32,000 bases of DNA from Paracoccus suum (GTDB taxonomy: Bacteria > Pseudomonadota > Alphaproteobacteria > Rhodobacterales > Rhodobacteraceae). Position numbers and translations under genes: made by a program. Where the stretch lies: contig NZ_CP030918.1 of assembly GCF_003324675.1 (NCBI RefSeq), positions 1,470,001 to 1,502,000 on the forward strand, given 5' to 3'. Position 1 is the first letter of the stretch. The number at the start of each line of letters is the position of its first letter. Below, one piece after another: positions 1-9,215 of this stretch. Below the pieces are notes generated by a model, which saw only the letters and a program-made list of their open reading frames with translations, was not told the origin of the DNA and made no database searches.

Positions 1-789
1 CAGCCCCAGGGCCATGGCTCGGCGCTGCCGCAATTGTGGGATCTGCCCCAGCCGGCGGCGGTCGCACCGCCCTCGGTCAGGCGACCGGGGCCGCTGCGCG
101 TGACCCTCGATCCCGGTCACGGCGGCCGCGATCCGGGTGCCGTCAGCGGCAACATCACCGAGGCTGCGATGATGCTGCAAGTCGCGCGCGAGGTGCAGGC
201 GGCGTTGCAGCAACGCGGCGTAGAGGTGACCCTGACCCGCCCCGACGACCGCTTCATGCCGCTCGAGCGGCGGATGACAGCGGCACGGGGGGCCGGGGCG
301 GACGCCTTTATCTCGCTGCACGCCGATGCGCTGCCTGCGGGCGCGGCCGCGGGCGCGGCAGTTTTCACCTGGACCCGCGAGGCCGACGACCGGGCCGCAC
401 GCGAGTTGGCGGCACGTCACGACCGGGACGATCTGCTAGGCGGCATGGACCTGGCCGGGCAGGACGACGAGGTCACCGGGGTTCTGATGGACATCGCGCA
501 GACCGATACACTGCCGCGCAGCCAGAACCTTGCGCAGTTCGTGCTGAGCGAGTTGGCGCTGGGCCGGATCGCGATCCGCAAGCGGCCGGTCAAGGGCGCG
601 GCTTTCAGCGTGCTGAAATCGCCCGACATTCCCTCGGTCCTGATCGAGACGGGCTTTCTCAGCGATTCCGCCGACCGGGCCAACCTGACCGATCCCGTCT
701 GGCGCGCGGAACTGAGCGGGGCCATCGCCCGCGCCGTCGTCGCCTGGGCCGAGGACGACAAGCTGCGCGATCCGCTGCTGCGGCGCTAG
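1..789 (+). CDS. N-acetylmuramoyl-L-alanine amidase (amidase_3 / AmiC-like), 5'-truncated by the window edge
   Basis: Frame 1 is open from base 1, so the TTG at 34 is only the ORF-track start. Translation carries amidase_3 signatures LDPGHGGRDPGA, ISLHADA and SVLIETGFLSD. Stop codon at 787-789. Confidence 0.85.
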   Translation, partial: QPQGHGSALPQLWDLPQPAAVAPPSVRRPGPLRVTLDPGHGGRDPGAVSGNITEAAMMLQVAREVQAALQQRGVEVTLTRPDDRFMPLERRMTAARGAGADAFISLHADALPAGAAAGAAVFTWTREADDRAARELAARHDRDDLLGGMDLAGQDDEVTGVLMDIAQTDTLPRSQNLAQFVLSELALGRIAIRKRPVKGAAFSVLKSPDIPSVLIETGFLSDSADRANLTDPVWRAELSGAIARAVVAWAEDDKLRDPLLRR

Positions 790-835
790 GGCTCAGGCCA
801 GCAAAGACGGGGCCCCAATTGCGCGAAAGGTTGTT

Positions 836-3436
836 TTGACGCGCCCGCCCCCCGCGTTTATAGCGGCCCTATCGCGCTGGGGGCCTGGTCTGTTGTTTCG
901 TTTTGTACTGTCCTTCATCGGGGCGATCTTTTCATGGTTCGTCACCGGCGCCGTATTTCTGGCGCTGATCATCGGCGCGATCTTCTGGATGTTCTCGCGC
1001 GACCTGCCCAGTCACGAGCAGTTGGCGCAGTACAGCCCCAAGACCATCAGCCGGATCTATTCGGCCGAGGGCAAGCTGATGGACGAATTCGCCGAGGAAC
1101 GGCGGATCTTCCAGCCGATCGACGAGATCCCTGATTCAGTCAAGCAGGCCTTCGTCAGCGCCGAGGACAAGAACTTCTACCACCACCACGGCTATGACCC
1201 GCGCGGCATGGCGGGGGCCTTTGCGCAGGCCCTGCGGGGCGGCGCGATGCGCGGCGCCTCGACCATCACCCAGCAGGTGATGAAGAACTTCCTGCTGTCG
1301 AGCGACCGCAGCATCGAGCGCAAGGTCAAGGAACTGATCCTCGCCACCCGGCTGGAGCGCACGCTGTCCAAGGACCAGATCCTCGAACTGTACCTGAACG
1401 AAATTTTCCTCGGCCAGAACAGCTTTGGCGTGGCTGCCGCCTCGCAAAGCTATTTCAACAAGACCCTCGACCAGTTGGCGCCGCACGAGGCGGCGATGCT
1501 GGCGGCCATGCCTCAGGCCCCGTCGCGCAGCGTGATCCGCGACCGCGAGCGCATCACCGAACGGCGCAACTACGTGCTGCGCGAGATGTGGCAGAACGGC
1601 TATTTGACCCAGGCGACCTACGAGGCCGAGGCCCGCCTGCCGATGCGCACCGTCCAGGCCGGCGATTATCCCGCCTTCCGTGACAGCCTGCCGCCACGCG
1701 ATTATTTCACCGACGAGATCCGCCGCCAGTTGAGCCAGCAATTCGGCGAAGAGGAATTCTTCAGCGGCGGCCTGCAGATCCGCGCGACGGTCGAGCCCGA
1801 GTTGCAGCAGATCGCTGCGGACGCCCTGCGCACGGCGCTCGAGAGCTATGACCGCGGCCTCGGCGTCTGGCGCGGGACCGGCCGGGCCATCGCCGCCGAC
1901 AAGCTGGGCCGCGAGGAAAGCTGGCGCGGCGCCCTCTATGCGACGCCGGTGCCGCGCGACATTCCCGGTTGGCACCCGGCCGTGGTGCTGGCGCTGAACG
2001 ACACCGACGCGCGCCTCGGGATCGAGGGGATCGAGGAGGACGCAGACGGCCACTGGCTGCCCGCCAAGGACGTGCAGTGGGCGCGGAAGCGGGGTGCCAA
2101 CGGCAAGCTGGGGCCGCGCGCCAAGACCGCGAGCGATCTGCTGTCGGTCGGCGACGTGGTCCTGGTGCGCGCCATGACCGAGGACGGCAGCGGCAAGTTC
2201 ATCCGCTGGACCCTGCGCCAGGTACCGGCGATTCAGGGCGGCTTCATGGCGATGGACGTCAACAGCGGCCGCGTTTACGCGATGCAGGGCGGGTTCAGCT
2301 ACCAGTCCTCGGTGTTCAATCGCGCGACCCAGGCCCAGCGCCAGCCTGGCAGCTCGTTCAAGCCGTTCGTCTATGCCGCGGCACTCGACAACAACTACAC
2401 CCCCGCGACCATCGTTGCGGACGAGCCGATCACCGTGAACACGCCCCAGGGCCTGTGGGCGCCCAAGAACTCGGGCGGCGGGTTTTACGGACCCACGCCG
2501 CTGCGCACCGGCATCGAGCAATCGCGCAACCTGATGACGATCCGCATCGCGCAGGACATCGGGATGAAGGTCGTCGCGAAATATGCCGAAAAGTTCGGCG
2601 TCTACGATCACCTCTCACCGTTCCTCGCCAACGCGCTCGGGGCGCAGGAAACGACGCTGTTCAAGATGGTCGCGGCCTATGCCATGTTTGCCAATGGCGG
2701 CGAGCGGGTCGAGCCGACGCTGGTTGACCGCGTGCAGGACCGTCGCGGCCGCACCATCTATCGCCACGACAAACGCGTGTGCCAGACTTGCGATCAGCCG
2801 GCGCTGCCGCCCGGCATGGCGCCACAGATCACCTCGGACCGCGAGCGGGTGATGGACGCGGTGACCGCCTACCAGTTGACCTCGATGATGGAGGGTGTGG
2901 TCAAGCGCGGCTCGGGCAAGGGCGTCCGCCTTCCGGTTCCTGTTGCCGGCAAGACCGGCACCACCAACGACGCCAAGGACGTATGGTTCATCGGCTATAC
3001 CAGCAACATGGTTGCGGGCTGCTACCTTGGCTACGACCAGCCGCGCAGCCTGGGCCAGCACGCCTTTGGCGGCACGCTGTGCGTTCCTGTGTTCAACGCC
3101 TTCATGAAGAAGGCCATACAGAAATATGGTGGCACCCGATTCCGCGTCCCGCCCGGCGGTCACTTCGTCAAGATCGACCGCCACAGCGGCGCGCGTCTGT
3201 CCGACAACGCCACCGGCGACAACGTGATCGCCGAATATTTCCGCAACGGCAGCGATCCCAACTGGTCAGCGCCGGCGCGGATCGTCGATGGCGGATTCCA
3301 GCGAACACCCGGGGTGCTACCGGCGCGTGCCGATGGCGACGGCGGCGCGCAACAAATCACTACCTCGACGGGGAAGAAAAAGGTCATCCCCAAGAAGGCC
3401 GATTTCGGGACAATCTCCTCGGGTGGCTTGTACTGA
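836..3436 (+). CDS. mrcA: Class A penicillin-binding protein 1A (bifunctional glycosyltransferase/transpeptidase)
   Basis: 866-codon ORF with an N-terminal TM helix (FSWFVTGAVFLALIIGAIFWMF). GT51 motifs are EDKNFYHHHG, GASTITQQ and RKVKE. Transpeptidase motifs are SSFKP (SxxK), SRN and KTGTT. Start is uncertain: TTG at 836 per the ORF track, with an in-frame TTG at 893 as an alternative. Confidence 0.9.
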   Translation: MTRPPPAFIAALSRWGPGLLFRFVLSFIGAIFSWFVTGAVFLALIIGAIFWMFSRDLPSHEQLAQYSPKTISRIYSAEGKLMDEFAEERRIFQPIDEIPDSVKQAFVSAEDKNFYHHHGYDPRGMAGAFAQALRGGAMRGASTITQQVMKNFLLSSDRSIERKVKELILATRLERTLSKDQILELYLNEIFLGQNSFGVAAASQSYFNKTLDQLAPHEAAMLAAMPQAPSRSVIRDRERITERRNYVLREMWQNGYLTQATYEAEARLPMRTVQAGDYPAFRDSLPPRDYFTDEIRRQLSQQFGEEEFFSGGLQIRATVEPELQQIAADALRTALESYDRGLGVWRGTGRAIAADKLGREESWRGALYATPVPRDIPGWHPAVVLALNDTDARLGIEGIEEDADGHWLPAKDVQWARKRGANGKLGPRAKTASDLLSVGDVVLVRAMTEDGSGKFIRWTLRQVPAIQGGFMAMDVNSGRVYAMQGGFSYQSSVFNRATQAQRQPGSSFKPFVYAAALDNNYTPATIVADEPITVNTPQGLWAPKNSGGGFYGPTPLRTGIEQSRNLMTIRIAQDIGMKVVAKYAEKFGVYDHLSPFLANALGAQETTLFKMVAAYAMFANGGERVEPTLVDRVQDRRGRTIYRHDKRVCQTCDQPALPPGMAPQITSDRERVMDAVTAYQLTSMMEGVVKRGSGKGVRLPVPVAGKTGTTNDAKDVWFIGYTSNMVAGCYLGYDQPRSLGQHAFGGTLCVPVFNAFMKKAIQKYGGTRFRVPPGGHFVKIDRHSGARLSDNATGDNVIAEYFRNGSDPNWSAPARIVDGGFQRTPGVLPARADGDGGAQQITTSTGKKKVIPKKADFGTISSGGLY

Positions 3437-3640
3437 TCCGCGGCCCGAGAGGGTGGGCGGATCAGCCTCCGCGGCAGGAACTGGCGGCGGACGCGCGAGG
3501 ATTGCGCCAGGCCCCTCATCCTCTTCATTAGCGCGAAGCGTTGGCGGGTGCCCTCTGCCGGCCACTGCGCCTGTCTTGCCCCGTCCCGCCGCGCGCGTTA
3601 TCACCCGCCGTCCGTTTTTCCGCCAGCGAAAGCCCCGCCC

Positions 3641-4768
3641 ATGCGCGCCGAGACCGAAGCCACCGTCGATGCCATCGAAAAGTCGCTCAAGCTTCTGGCG
3701 CAGCGGATGGACTGGGACACCGCGCCCCACCGTCTGGAAGAGATGAACGCCATGATCGAGGATGGCGATCTGTGGTCCGACCCGGCCCGTGCGCAAAAGC
3801 TGATGCGCGAGCGCCAGATGCTGCATGACGCCGTCGAAACCTATCGCCGCATTGGCCAGAACCTGCGCGACAATGTCGAGCTGATCGAGATGGGCGAGGT
3901 TGAGGGCGACGCCGAGATCATCACCGAGGCCGAGGCCTCGCTGAAGGCCCTGGCCGCCGAAGCCGCCCAGAAAGAGCTGGAGGCGCTGCTGAACGGCGAG
4001 GCCGACGGCAACGACACCTTCCTTGAAATCAACGCCGGCGCCGGCGGCACGGAAAGCTGCGACTGGGCCTCGATGTTGGCGCGCATGTATGTCCGCTGGG
4101 CCGAGAAAAAGGGCTACACGGTCGAGTTGCAGTCCGAAACCGCGGGCGACGAAGCCGGCATCCGCAGCGCCTCCTATAAGATCAGCGGCCCGAATGCCTA
4201 CGGCTGGCTGAAGTCTGAAAGCGGCGTGCACCGGTTGGTCCGCATCAGCCCCTATGACAGTGCAGCGCGCCGCCACACCAGCTTTTCTAGCGTCTGGGTC
4301 TATCCGGTTGTCGACGACAATATCGAGATCGTGGTGCCCGACAGTGAGATCAGGATCGATACCTATCGCAGCTCTGGCGCGGGCGGGCAGCACGTCAACA
4401 CCACCGACTCGGCCGTGCGCATCACCCACCTGCCGACCGGGATCGTCGTGACCAGCAGCATGAAATCGCAGCACCAGAACCGCGAGATCGCGATGAACGC
4501 GCTGAAATCGCGGCTCTACCAGCAGGAGCTTGATCGCCGCAACGCCGCCGTCAACGCCCAGCACGAGGCCAAGGGCGATGCCGGCTGGGGCAACCAGATC
4601 CGCAGCTACGTGCTGCAGCCCTACCAGATGGTAAAGGACCTGCGCACCTCGGTGGAAACCTCGGACACGCAGGGCGTCTTGGACGGCGACCTTGACGCTT
4701 TCATGGCGGCGACACTGGCGCTGGACGTCTCTGGCAAAAGCCGGGCCGAGGCCAACGCCGAGGACTGA
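3641..4768 (+). CDS. prfB: Peptide chain release factor 2
   Basis: ATG at 3641 gives [16 protein letters not shown]. It contains the GGQ loop ([20 protein letters not shown]) and the RF2-type recognition segment [19 protein letters not shown]. The 31 codons upstream in the ORF track (from 3548) look non-coding. The frame is uninterrupted with no internal in-frame UGA. Confidence 0.93.
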   Translation: MRAETEATVDAIEKSLKLLAQRMDWDTAPHRLEEMNAMIEDGDLWSDPARAQKLMRERQMLHDAVETYRRIGQNLRDNVELIEMGEVEGDAEIITEAEASLKALAAEAAQKELEALLNGEADGNDTFLEINAGAGGTESCDWASMLARMYVRWAEKKGYTVELQSETAGDEAGIRSASYKISGPNAYGWLKSESGVHRLVRISPYDSAARRHTSFSSVWVYPVVDDNIEIVVPDSEIRIDTYRSSGAGGQHVNTTDSAVRITHLPTGIVVTSSMKSQHQNREIAMNALKSRLYQQELDRRNAAVNAQHEAKGDAGWGNQIRSYVLQPYQMVKDLRTSVETSDTQGVLDGDLDAFMAATLALDVSGKSRAEANAED

Positions 4769-4776
4769 CGCTGGCG

Positions 4777-5451
4777 CTAGCTGCGTCGCCGCGGACCTTG
4801 GCGCGGCGGGAAGAGCCGTTGCCAGGCAGCATTCACGACCGCCTCTGCCGCCCAGCCGACCATCGCCCCCGCCACCACGTCGACTGGGTGATGCGCACCG
4901 CGCGGTACCTGGATTGCACCGATTCCGACTGCCGCCGCGCTCAGCAGCGGGGCGTTTTCCGGGCTGACCCGTGACAATGCGCACGCCGCCGCGACAGCGT
5001 TGGCAGTATGTCCTGACGGAAAGCTATTCCACGGCCCGTCATTTGGCCCGTTCAGGCCGGTCTCGTAATGTCCACGCTCCATCAGCACGAAGGGCCGGGT
5101 GCGGACAATGAACGCCTTGAGAACAGCCTTGCTTGCGGTCGCAACGCCAAGGGAGGCGAGGCAGCGAAAGCCAGCCTCGGCCAGCCGCGGGCGACCGGCC
5201 AGAACGCCGCCGACGGCCGCGAGACCGGCAAGCGTGAAGGCCGGCGGCTGGTCGCTGATCTCGCTGAGAAACCCGAGGCCCTTGATCAGAGGAGTTTCGC
5301 GATATTCGCCGGCCGTGACCGAGGCCGCGACATCGGCGGCATGGACGCGCTCGACAATGCCGGCGTCGTCGTCGGTCTCCGTCACCTCCTCGACGGCAGC
5401 CTCCACCTTTTGCTGGCTCGCCTTGGGTGGCAGCTTTTCCTCATCGCTCAT
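4777..5451 (-). CDS. PAP2-family (phosphatidic acid phosphatase type 2 / haloperoxidase fold) membrane phosphatase
   Basis: 224-codon ORF with the three PAP2 motifs KAFIVRTRP, PSGH and RGAHHPVDVVAG. It has an acidic N-terminal tail. It is convergent with prfB, with 8 nt between the stop codons. Confidence 0.8.
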   Translation of the reverse strand: MSDEEKLPPKASQQKVEAAVEEVTETDDDAGIVERVHAADVAASVTAGEYRETPLIKGLGFLSEISDQPPAFTLAGLAAVGGVLAGRPRLAEAGFRCLASLGVATASKAVLKAFIVRTRPFVLMERGHYETGLNGPNDGPWNSFPSGHTANAVAAACALSRVSPENAPLLSAAAVGIGAIQVPRGAHHPVDVVAGAMVGWAAEAVVNAAWQRLFPPRQGPRRRS

Positions 5452-5499
5452 CGGCGGACCCCCTCGTGCTGTCAGGGAACGCCGGGCAACGGGCTGGGT

Positions 5500-6090
5500 T
5501 CACCGCGACAGCTGCAGAATGTCCAGCGTCGATTCCACCATCGGCAGCGGGAAAAGGATGCGAGCGCTGCCGCCGCCTGTGACTTCGACAACTCCGGGCG
5601 CGGCGAGGATCTGCGGGGAGGCGGCCGGGTCGATCTCGGCCGGCAGAGCGCCATATTCCGGCGGGGTGTCGCCAGCGATATAGCCGACGCCAGCCAGCAA
5701 CAACGCGCCATCCGGGCCACGCTGCACCAGTCCGCGCACACGCTGCGAGCCGGTCAGTTTCTCGAACATGACGCCGTCTTCCGCCGGCGTGCCCCGGCAT
5801 TTGAACGGCGGGTAGGCGACAAGTCCCAGATCGCCGCCCAGCTTGAAGGTCCGGCAGGTCCAGTCGCCGGCCAGTGCCTCGGCGCCGGAGTTATCGGCCG
5901 GACCGCGCAATGCCTCGACCAGATCGGCCACATCGGCTGGCGCCCCCTTGGCGAACGCCTCGCGCAGGGCTTGGCCCGATGCGGCATCCAGCTGTTCCAG
6001 CCTGCGCAGGTCGTCGGCGCGCCAGGTGACCTCTGCGGCATGGACGGGCAAGGCGCCCAGCAGCGCGGCAGCAAGGGGCATCAATTTCAT
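5500..6090 (-). CDS. Secreted conserved hypothetical protein (resembles DUF4893 family; family name from memory)
   Basis: 196-codon ORF with a signal peptide (MKLMPLAAALLGALPVHAAE). Its ATG overlaps the stop of the upstream gene as ATGA (6087-6090). Third-position GC bias is consistent with coding. Confidence 0.72.
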   Translation of the reverse strand: MKLMPLAAALLGALPVHAAEVTWRADDLRRLEQLDAASGQALREAFAKGAPADVADLVEALRGPADNSGAEALAGDWTCRTFKLGGDLGLVAYPPFKCRGTPAEDGVMFEKLTGSQRVRGLVQRGPDGALLLAGVGYIAGDTPPEYGALPAEIDPAASPQILAAPGVVEVTGGGSARILFPLPMVESTLDILQLSR

Positions 6091-6485
6091 GTCTCGTCCT
6101 TCGCATTATCGCCGGCAGAGGGCGTAGCATGGGCGCGCAGCAACTCCATCGGCAGAATGTCCAGCGCCCTTGCGTGTGTCGCCTCCAGCACCACCTGGGG
6201 CGCGGCGAATTCCTGCGCGGCCTGCAGGAAGCGCGAGGCGCACAGGCACCAACGGTCCCCCGGCTGCAGTCCCTCGAAGCCGAAACCGGGCTGCGGGGTG
6301 CTGAGATCATTGCCCAGATAGCGCGAGACGGCCAGGAACTCGGCCGTGACGGTCACGCAAACCGTATGGCTGCCGTGATCGCCGGTGCCGGTGTCGCAGC
6401 AGCCGTTGCGGTAAAATCCCGTCAGCGGCCGGTTCGAGCAGGGCTGCAGCTGGCCGCCGAGCACATTGATTGAGGGTTCGATCAT
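6087..6485 (-). CDS. DUF2237 family protein (small Cys-rich cytoplasmic protein)
   Basis: 132-codon ORF. NVLGGQLQPCSNRPLTGFYRNGCCDTGTGDHGSHTVC, GNDLSTP and GDRWCLCASR match my recollection of DUF2237. It shares ATGA overlaps with both neighbours (6482-6485 and 6087-6090). Confidence 0.85.
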   Translation of the reverse strand: MIEPSINVLGGQLQPCSNRPLTGFYRNGCCDTGTGDHGSHTVCVTVTAEFLAVSRYLGNDLSTPQPGFGFEGLQPGDRWCLCASRFLQAAQEFAAPQVVLEATHARALDILPMELLRAHATPSAGDNAKDET

Positions 6486-7525
6486 GCGGCCTCCTCGATT
6501 GGCTGCCGGCGAACCCAGCGCCCGTGAAAATCAACCCGCGCCAAGTGCCATTGGCGGACCGCGCCATCCCAGAGGCGCAGCCGCAGCGCTGCGCCATCCG
6601 GCTGACCATCGGCCTCCATCGACAGATGCGCCAGCGGCGTGTCCGGACCCGCCGACAGGCCGGCAGTTTCCAGCGCAGCAAGGGCGCGATCGCGCGTGGC
6701 CGGGGCGAAATATTGCCAGGCAATGGAATGCTGAACGAGGCGAAGAGCGCCTGGTTCTGCTGGCACGGCCAGTTGGTCCTGCAGCCACTGACCGGCATCG
6801 GCCTGCGCGATCTGGGGCGGGCGGGCGCGCGCCTCGTCCGCGGCCGCGCGCAGGCGCGCCATCCGCTCTGGCTGATCCGCCCAGCAGTAGGCCAGCAGGT
6901 TCTCGGGATCGCGCACCGGGTTAAGGTCGACCCCGGCGGCGCTGACCACCTCGATGGGTTGCGGCGGTGGCGCATCGCCCTGCCATTCCGGGCGCAACAC
7001 GACCGGTGCGTCTGGCGGGCCATAGGCTGCGGCGCTGCCGACCGGCGCCACGCGAAACCGGGGCCAGCCGAGGTTCAGGCCGGCACTCGCGCCAAGCTCC
7101 ATGATCGCCAGCCGCAGCGGCCGGTCCAATTGCCCCAACGCGAAATGCGCGGCGGGCACGAGGGCGCCGCTGCGCGCGACTTCGTTGGTCTGCGGCGGGC
7201 TGTCCAGCATCTTTAACAGCGCGGCTTCGTGGTCGCGCAGCGCCGCCCGCAGGGTCCCCCATTGCACGGCCCCGGTGGCGTACTCGGCGGCAAGGTCGGG
7301 GGCGGCCCCGTCCAGCACCAGCCGGTGCAGCCCGCCGGCCAGGCGCAGGGGCAAGGCGGTCGCGGTGCCGCGCGGATCGCCGGGCCAGTCCAGCACACGC
7401 TGAGCCACCGCCCCGTCGGCCGGGGCCAGATGCTCTGCCATCAGGTCACACACCGCCGCTGTCAGCGGCGAGCCGAGCTTGCGGCAGGCCTGCGCCTGCT
7501 CGGCAAAGGCCTCGCGCGGGGTCAC
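6482..7525 (-). CDS. DUF2332 domain-containing protein (function unknown; family name from memory)
   Basis: 347-codon ORF. The N-terminus FAEQAQACRKLGSPLTAAVCDLMA and the segment LPLRLAGGLHRLVLDG resemble DUF2332 proteins. Its GTG start overlaps the pth stop as GTGA (7522-7525). Confidence 0.78.
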   Translation of the reverse strand: MTPREAFAEQAQACRKLGSPLTAAVCDLMAEHLAPADGAVAQRVLDWPGDPRGTATALPLRLAGGLHRLVLDGAAPDLAAEYATGAVQWGTLRAALRDHEAALLKMLDSPPQTNEVARSGALVPAAHFALGQLDRPLRLAIMELGASAGLNLGWPRFRVAPVGSAAAYGPPDAPVVLRPEWQGDAPPPQPIEVVSAAGVDLNPVRDPENLLAYCWADQPERMARLRAAADEARARPPQIAQADAGQWLQDQLAVPAEPGALRLVQHSIAWQYFAPATRDRALAALETAGLSAGPDTPLAHLSMEADGQPDGAALRLRLWDGAVRQWHLARVDFHGRWVRRQPIEEAA

Positions 7526-8226
7526 CGGAAACGCTCGCGCAGCGCCTGCAGCGGATCGACCGGGGCAGGGGTATCCGGCGTTGCGGCCGGAACAGGTCGC
7601 GGCGCTGCGTGCCGGGGTTGGCCCTCCGGGAGCGCGTCCCGCGGCCCGGCGTTTCGCGCTGGCTTCAACCGCGCAGCGACGGCGGTCTGGAACCGCGCCG
7701 GATCGTCCTGCGCTAACCAGCCGACTTCGCGCGCGATCGCATCGAGCAGCGGCTCCAGCCAGTCCCCCTCCGCCTTGGCGAAGTCCGACAGCACATGGCC
7801 GGTCACCCGCGCCTTGTCCCCCGGATGGCCGATGCCCAGCCGGACCCGGCCGTACCCCTCGCCGATATGCTGGTGGATCGAGCGTAGGCCGTTGTGGCCG
7901 GCATGGCCGCCGCCGAACTTGACCCGCATCTGCCCGGGCGCGAGGTCCAACTCGTCATGGAACACGGTCACGTCGGCGGGCTGCAGCTTGAGATAGCGCA
8001 TCGCCTCGCCGACCGACTGGCCGGAGAGATTCATGAAGGTCTGCGGCTTGAGCAGCGCGACGCGCGCATCGCCCACCCGACCCTCGGCCAGCTGCCCCTG
8101 AAAGCGCGGCCGCCAGGCGGGCAGGGAGTGGTGGGACGCAATCTCGTCCAGCGCCATGAACCCGATGTTGTGACGTTGCCGGGCATAGGTCGCGCCAGGG
8201 TTTCCAAGGCCAACGATCAATCGCAT
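7522..8226 (-). CDS. pth: Peptidyl-tRNA hydrolase
   Basis: ATG at 8226 gives MRLIVGLGNPGATYARQRHNIGFMALDEIA, the canonical Pth N-terminus. A GGAAGG Shine-Dalgarno lies 5 nt upstream. The 26 codons further upstream in the ORF track are unlikely to be coding. It has a Pro/Ala-rich C-terminal tail. Confidence 0.92.
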   Translation of the reverse strand: MRLIVGLGNPGATYARQRHNIGFMALDEIASHHSLPAWRPRFQGQLAEGRVGDARVALLKPQTFMNLSGQSVGEAMRYLKLQPADVTVFHDELDLAPGQMRVKFGGGHAGHNGLRSIHQHIGEGYGRVRLGIGHPGDKARVTGHVLSDFAKAEGDWLEPLLDAIAREVGWLAQDDPARFQTAVAARLKPARNAGPRDALPEGQPRHAAPRPVPAATPDTPAPVDPLQALRERFR

Positions 8227-8427
8227 CTCGAACCTTCCGCAATGCCGCGCCACCGGGATAGCCTGCCGCGCCGCAGTGTCAAATCGCCCGGCCGGATGGG
8301 ACAAATTCGATCCATCCTTGCGGCGGGGCAGTGGCGTTACTAAGACTCTGGCAAGATTTTCCGGTTAAGGGTGGGCCGTCGGTCCGCGCCGCAGATCGGC
8401 GACGTTTGACAGGGGCCAAGGACAGGC

Positions 8428-9060
8428 ATGACGACTCCGGCAGAATACTACATGAACAACCTGGTCCCCATGGTCGTCGAACAGACCAGCCGGGGCGAGC
8501 GCGCCTATGATATTTTCTCGCGCCTGCTGAAGGAGCGGATCATCTTTCTCGCCGGTCCGGTACATGACGGCATGGCGACGCTGATCTGTGCCCAACTGCT
8601 GTTTCTTGAGGCGGAAAACCCGTCCAAGGACATCAGCATGTATATCAACAGCCCCGGCGGTGTGGTGACGGCGGGCCTGTCGATCTATGACACGATGCAA
8701 TACATCCGGCCGCGCATCTCGACCCTGGTGGTCGGGCAGGCCGCGTCGATGGGCACCCTGCTGCTGACCGCCGGCGAAAAAGGCATGCGCTACGCACTGC
8801 CCAACAGCCGGATCATGGTCCACCAGCCCTCGGGCGGATTCCAAGGCACGGCGCAGGACATTCTGATCCACGCGCAGGAGACGGAAAAGCTGAAGCGGCG
8901 CCTGAACGAGATCTATGGCCAGCACACCGGCCGCACCCTCGACGAGATCGAGCAGGCGCTGGACCGCGACCGCTTCATGTCCCCGGAGGAAGCTAAGGAG
9001 TTCGGCCTGATCGACGAAATCCTGGCCGCCCGCGGCAAGGCCGAGCCTGACGCGAAGTAA
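8428..9060 (+). CDS. clpP: ATP-dependent Clp protease proteolytic subunit
   Basis: 210 aa with [24 protein letters not shown], catalytic Ser in GQAASMG and His in MVHQPSGG. An AAGGACAGG Shine-Dalgarno precedes the ATG. Confidence 0.96.
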   Translation: MTTPAEYYMNNLVPMVVEQTSRGERAYDIFSRLLKERIIFLAGPVHDGMATLICAQLLFLEAENPSKDISMYINSPGGVVTAGLSIYDTMQYIRPRISTLVVGQAASMGTLLLTAGEKGMRYALPNSRIMVHQPSGGFQGTAQDILIHAQETEKLKRRLNEIYGQHTGRTLDEIEQALDRDRFMSPEEAKEFGLIDEILAARGKAEPDAK

Positions 9061-9215
9061 CTAATATTGTAGGCGTGCCGCCAGCGGCGGCTGCCTTTGC
9101 GGGTTGTGGCCTCGCTAGGCCAACCTTAAACTAGACCGACCGGCCGTACGAGACAGCCCGGCCCGGACTGCAGCGGATGGGGCGATCCCCCTCGGCCGAG
9201 CGGAAGGAACAAACG

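Noticed and set aside
1136-2611. Long opposite-strand or alternate-frame ORFs throughout the track. Examples are 1136-2611(-), 3317-4984(-), 5068-6321(+), 8365-8925(-), 11382-12359(+), 14798-15961(-), 16159-17286(-), 17802-18926(-), 19023-20492(-), 20659-21699(-), 23722-24816(-) and 28024-29241(-).
   Set aside because: Each lies entirely within or across a gene whose product has strong family signatures. Their translations are Arg/Ala/Gly/Pro-rich with no recognisable motifs, which is the usual stop-codon-poor artefact of very GC-rich DNA.
3434-3464. The inverted repeat TGATCCGC...GCGGATCA overlapping the mrcA stop codon, considered as a terminator.
   Set aside because: The 8-bp stem has a 15-nt loop and no following T-run, so I cannot distinguish it from chance in GC-rich DNA.
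3641-3760. Search for the prfB +1 programmed frameshift site (CUU UGA C) near codons 20-30.
   Set aside because: There is no in-frame stop and no CTTTGAC motif. The gene is a single continuous ORF.
8227-8427. A sigma32-type heat-shock promoter for clpP in the pth/clpP divergent spacer (CTTGCGG...TTACTAAG).
   Set aside because: The -10 candidate does not match CCCCATnT or CYTATnT at any allowed spacing, so the support is too weak to report as a feature.
9077-9100. The hairpin GCCGCC-AGC-GGCGGC followed by TGCCTTTGC in the clpP-clpX spacer, considered as an attenuator.
   Set aside because: It is a 6-bp stem with a 3-nt loop and a poor U-tract. The element is marginal, and clpPX is normally co-transcribed.
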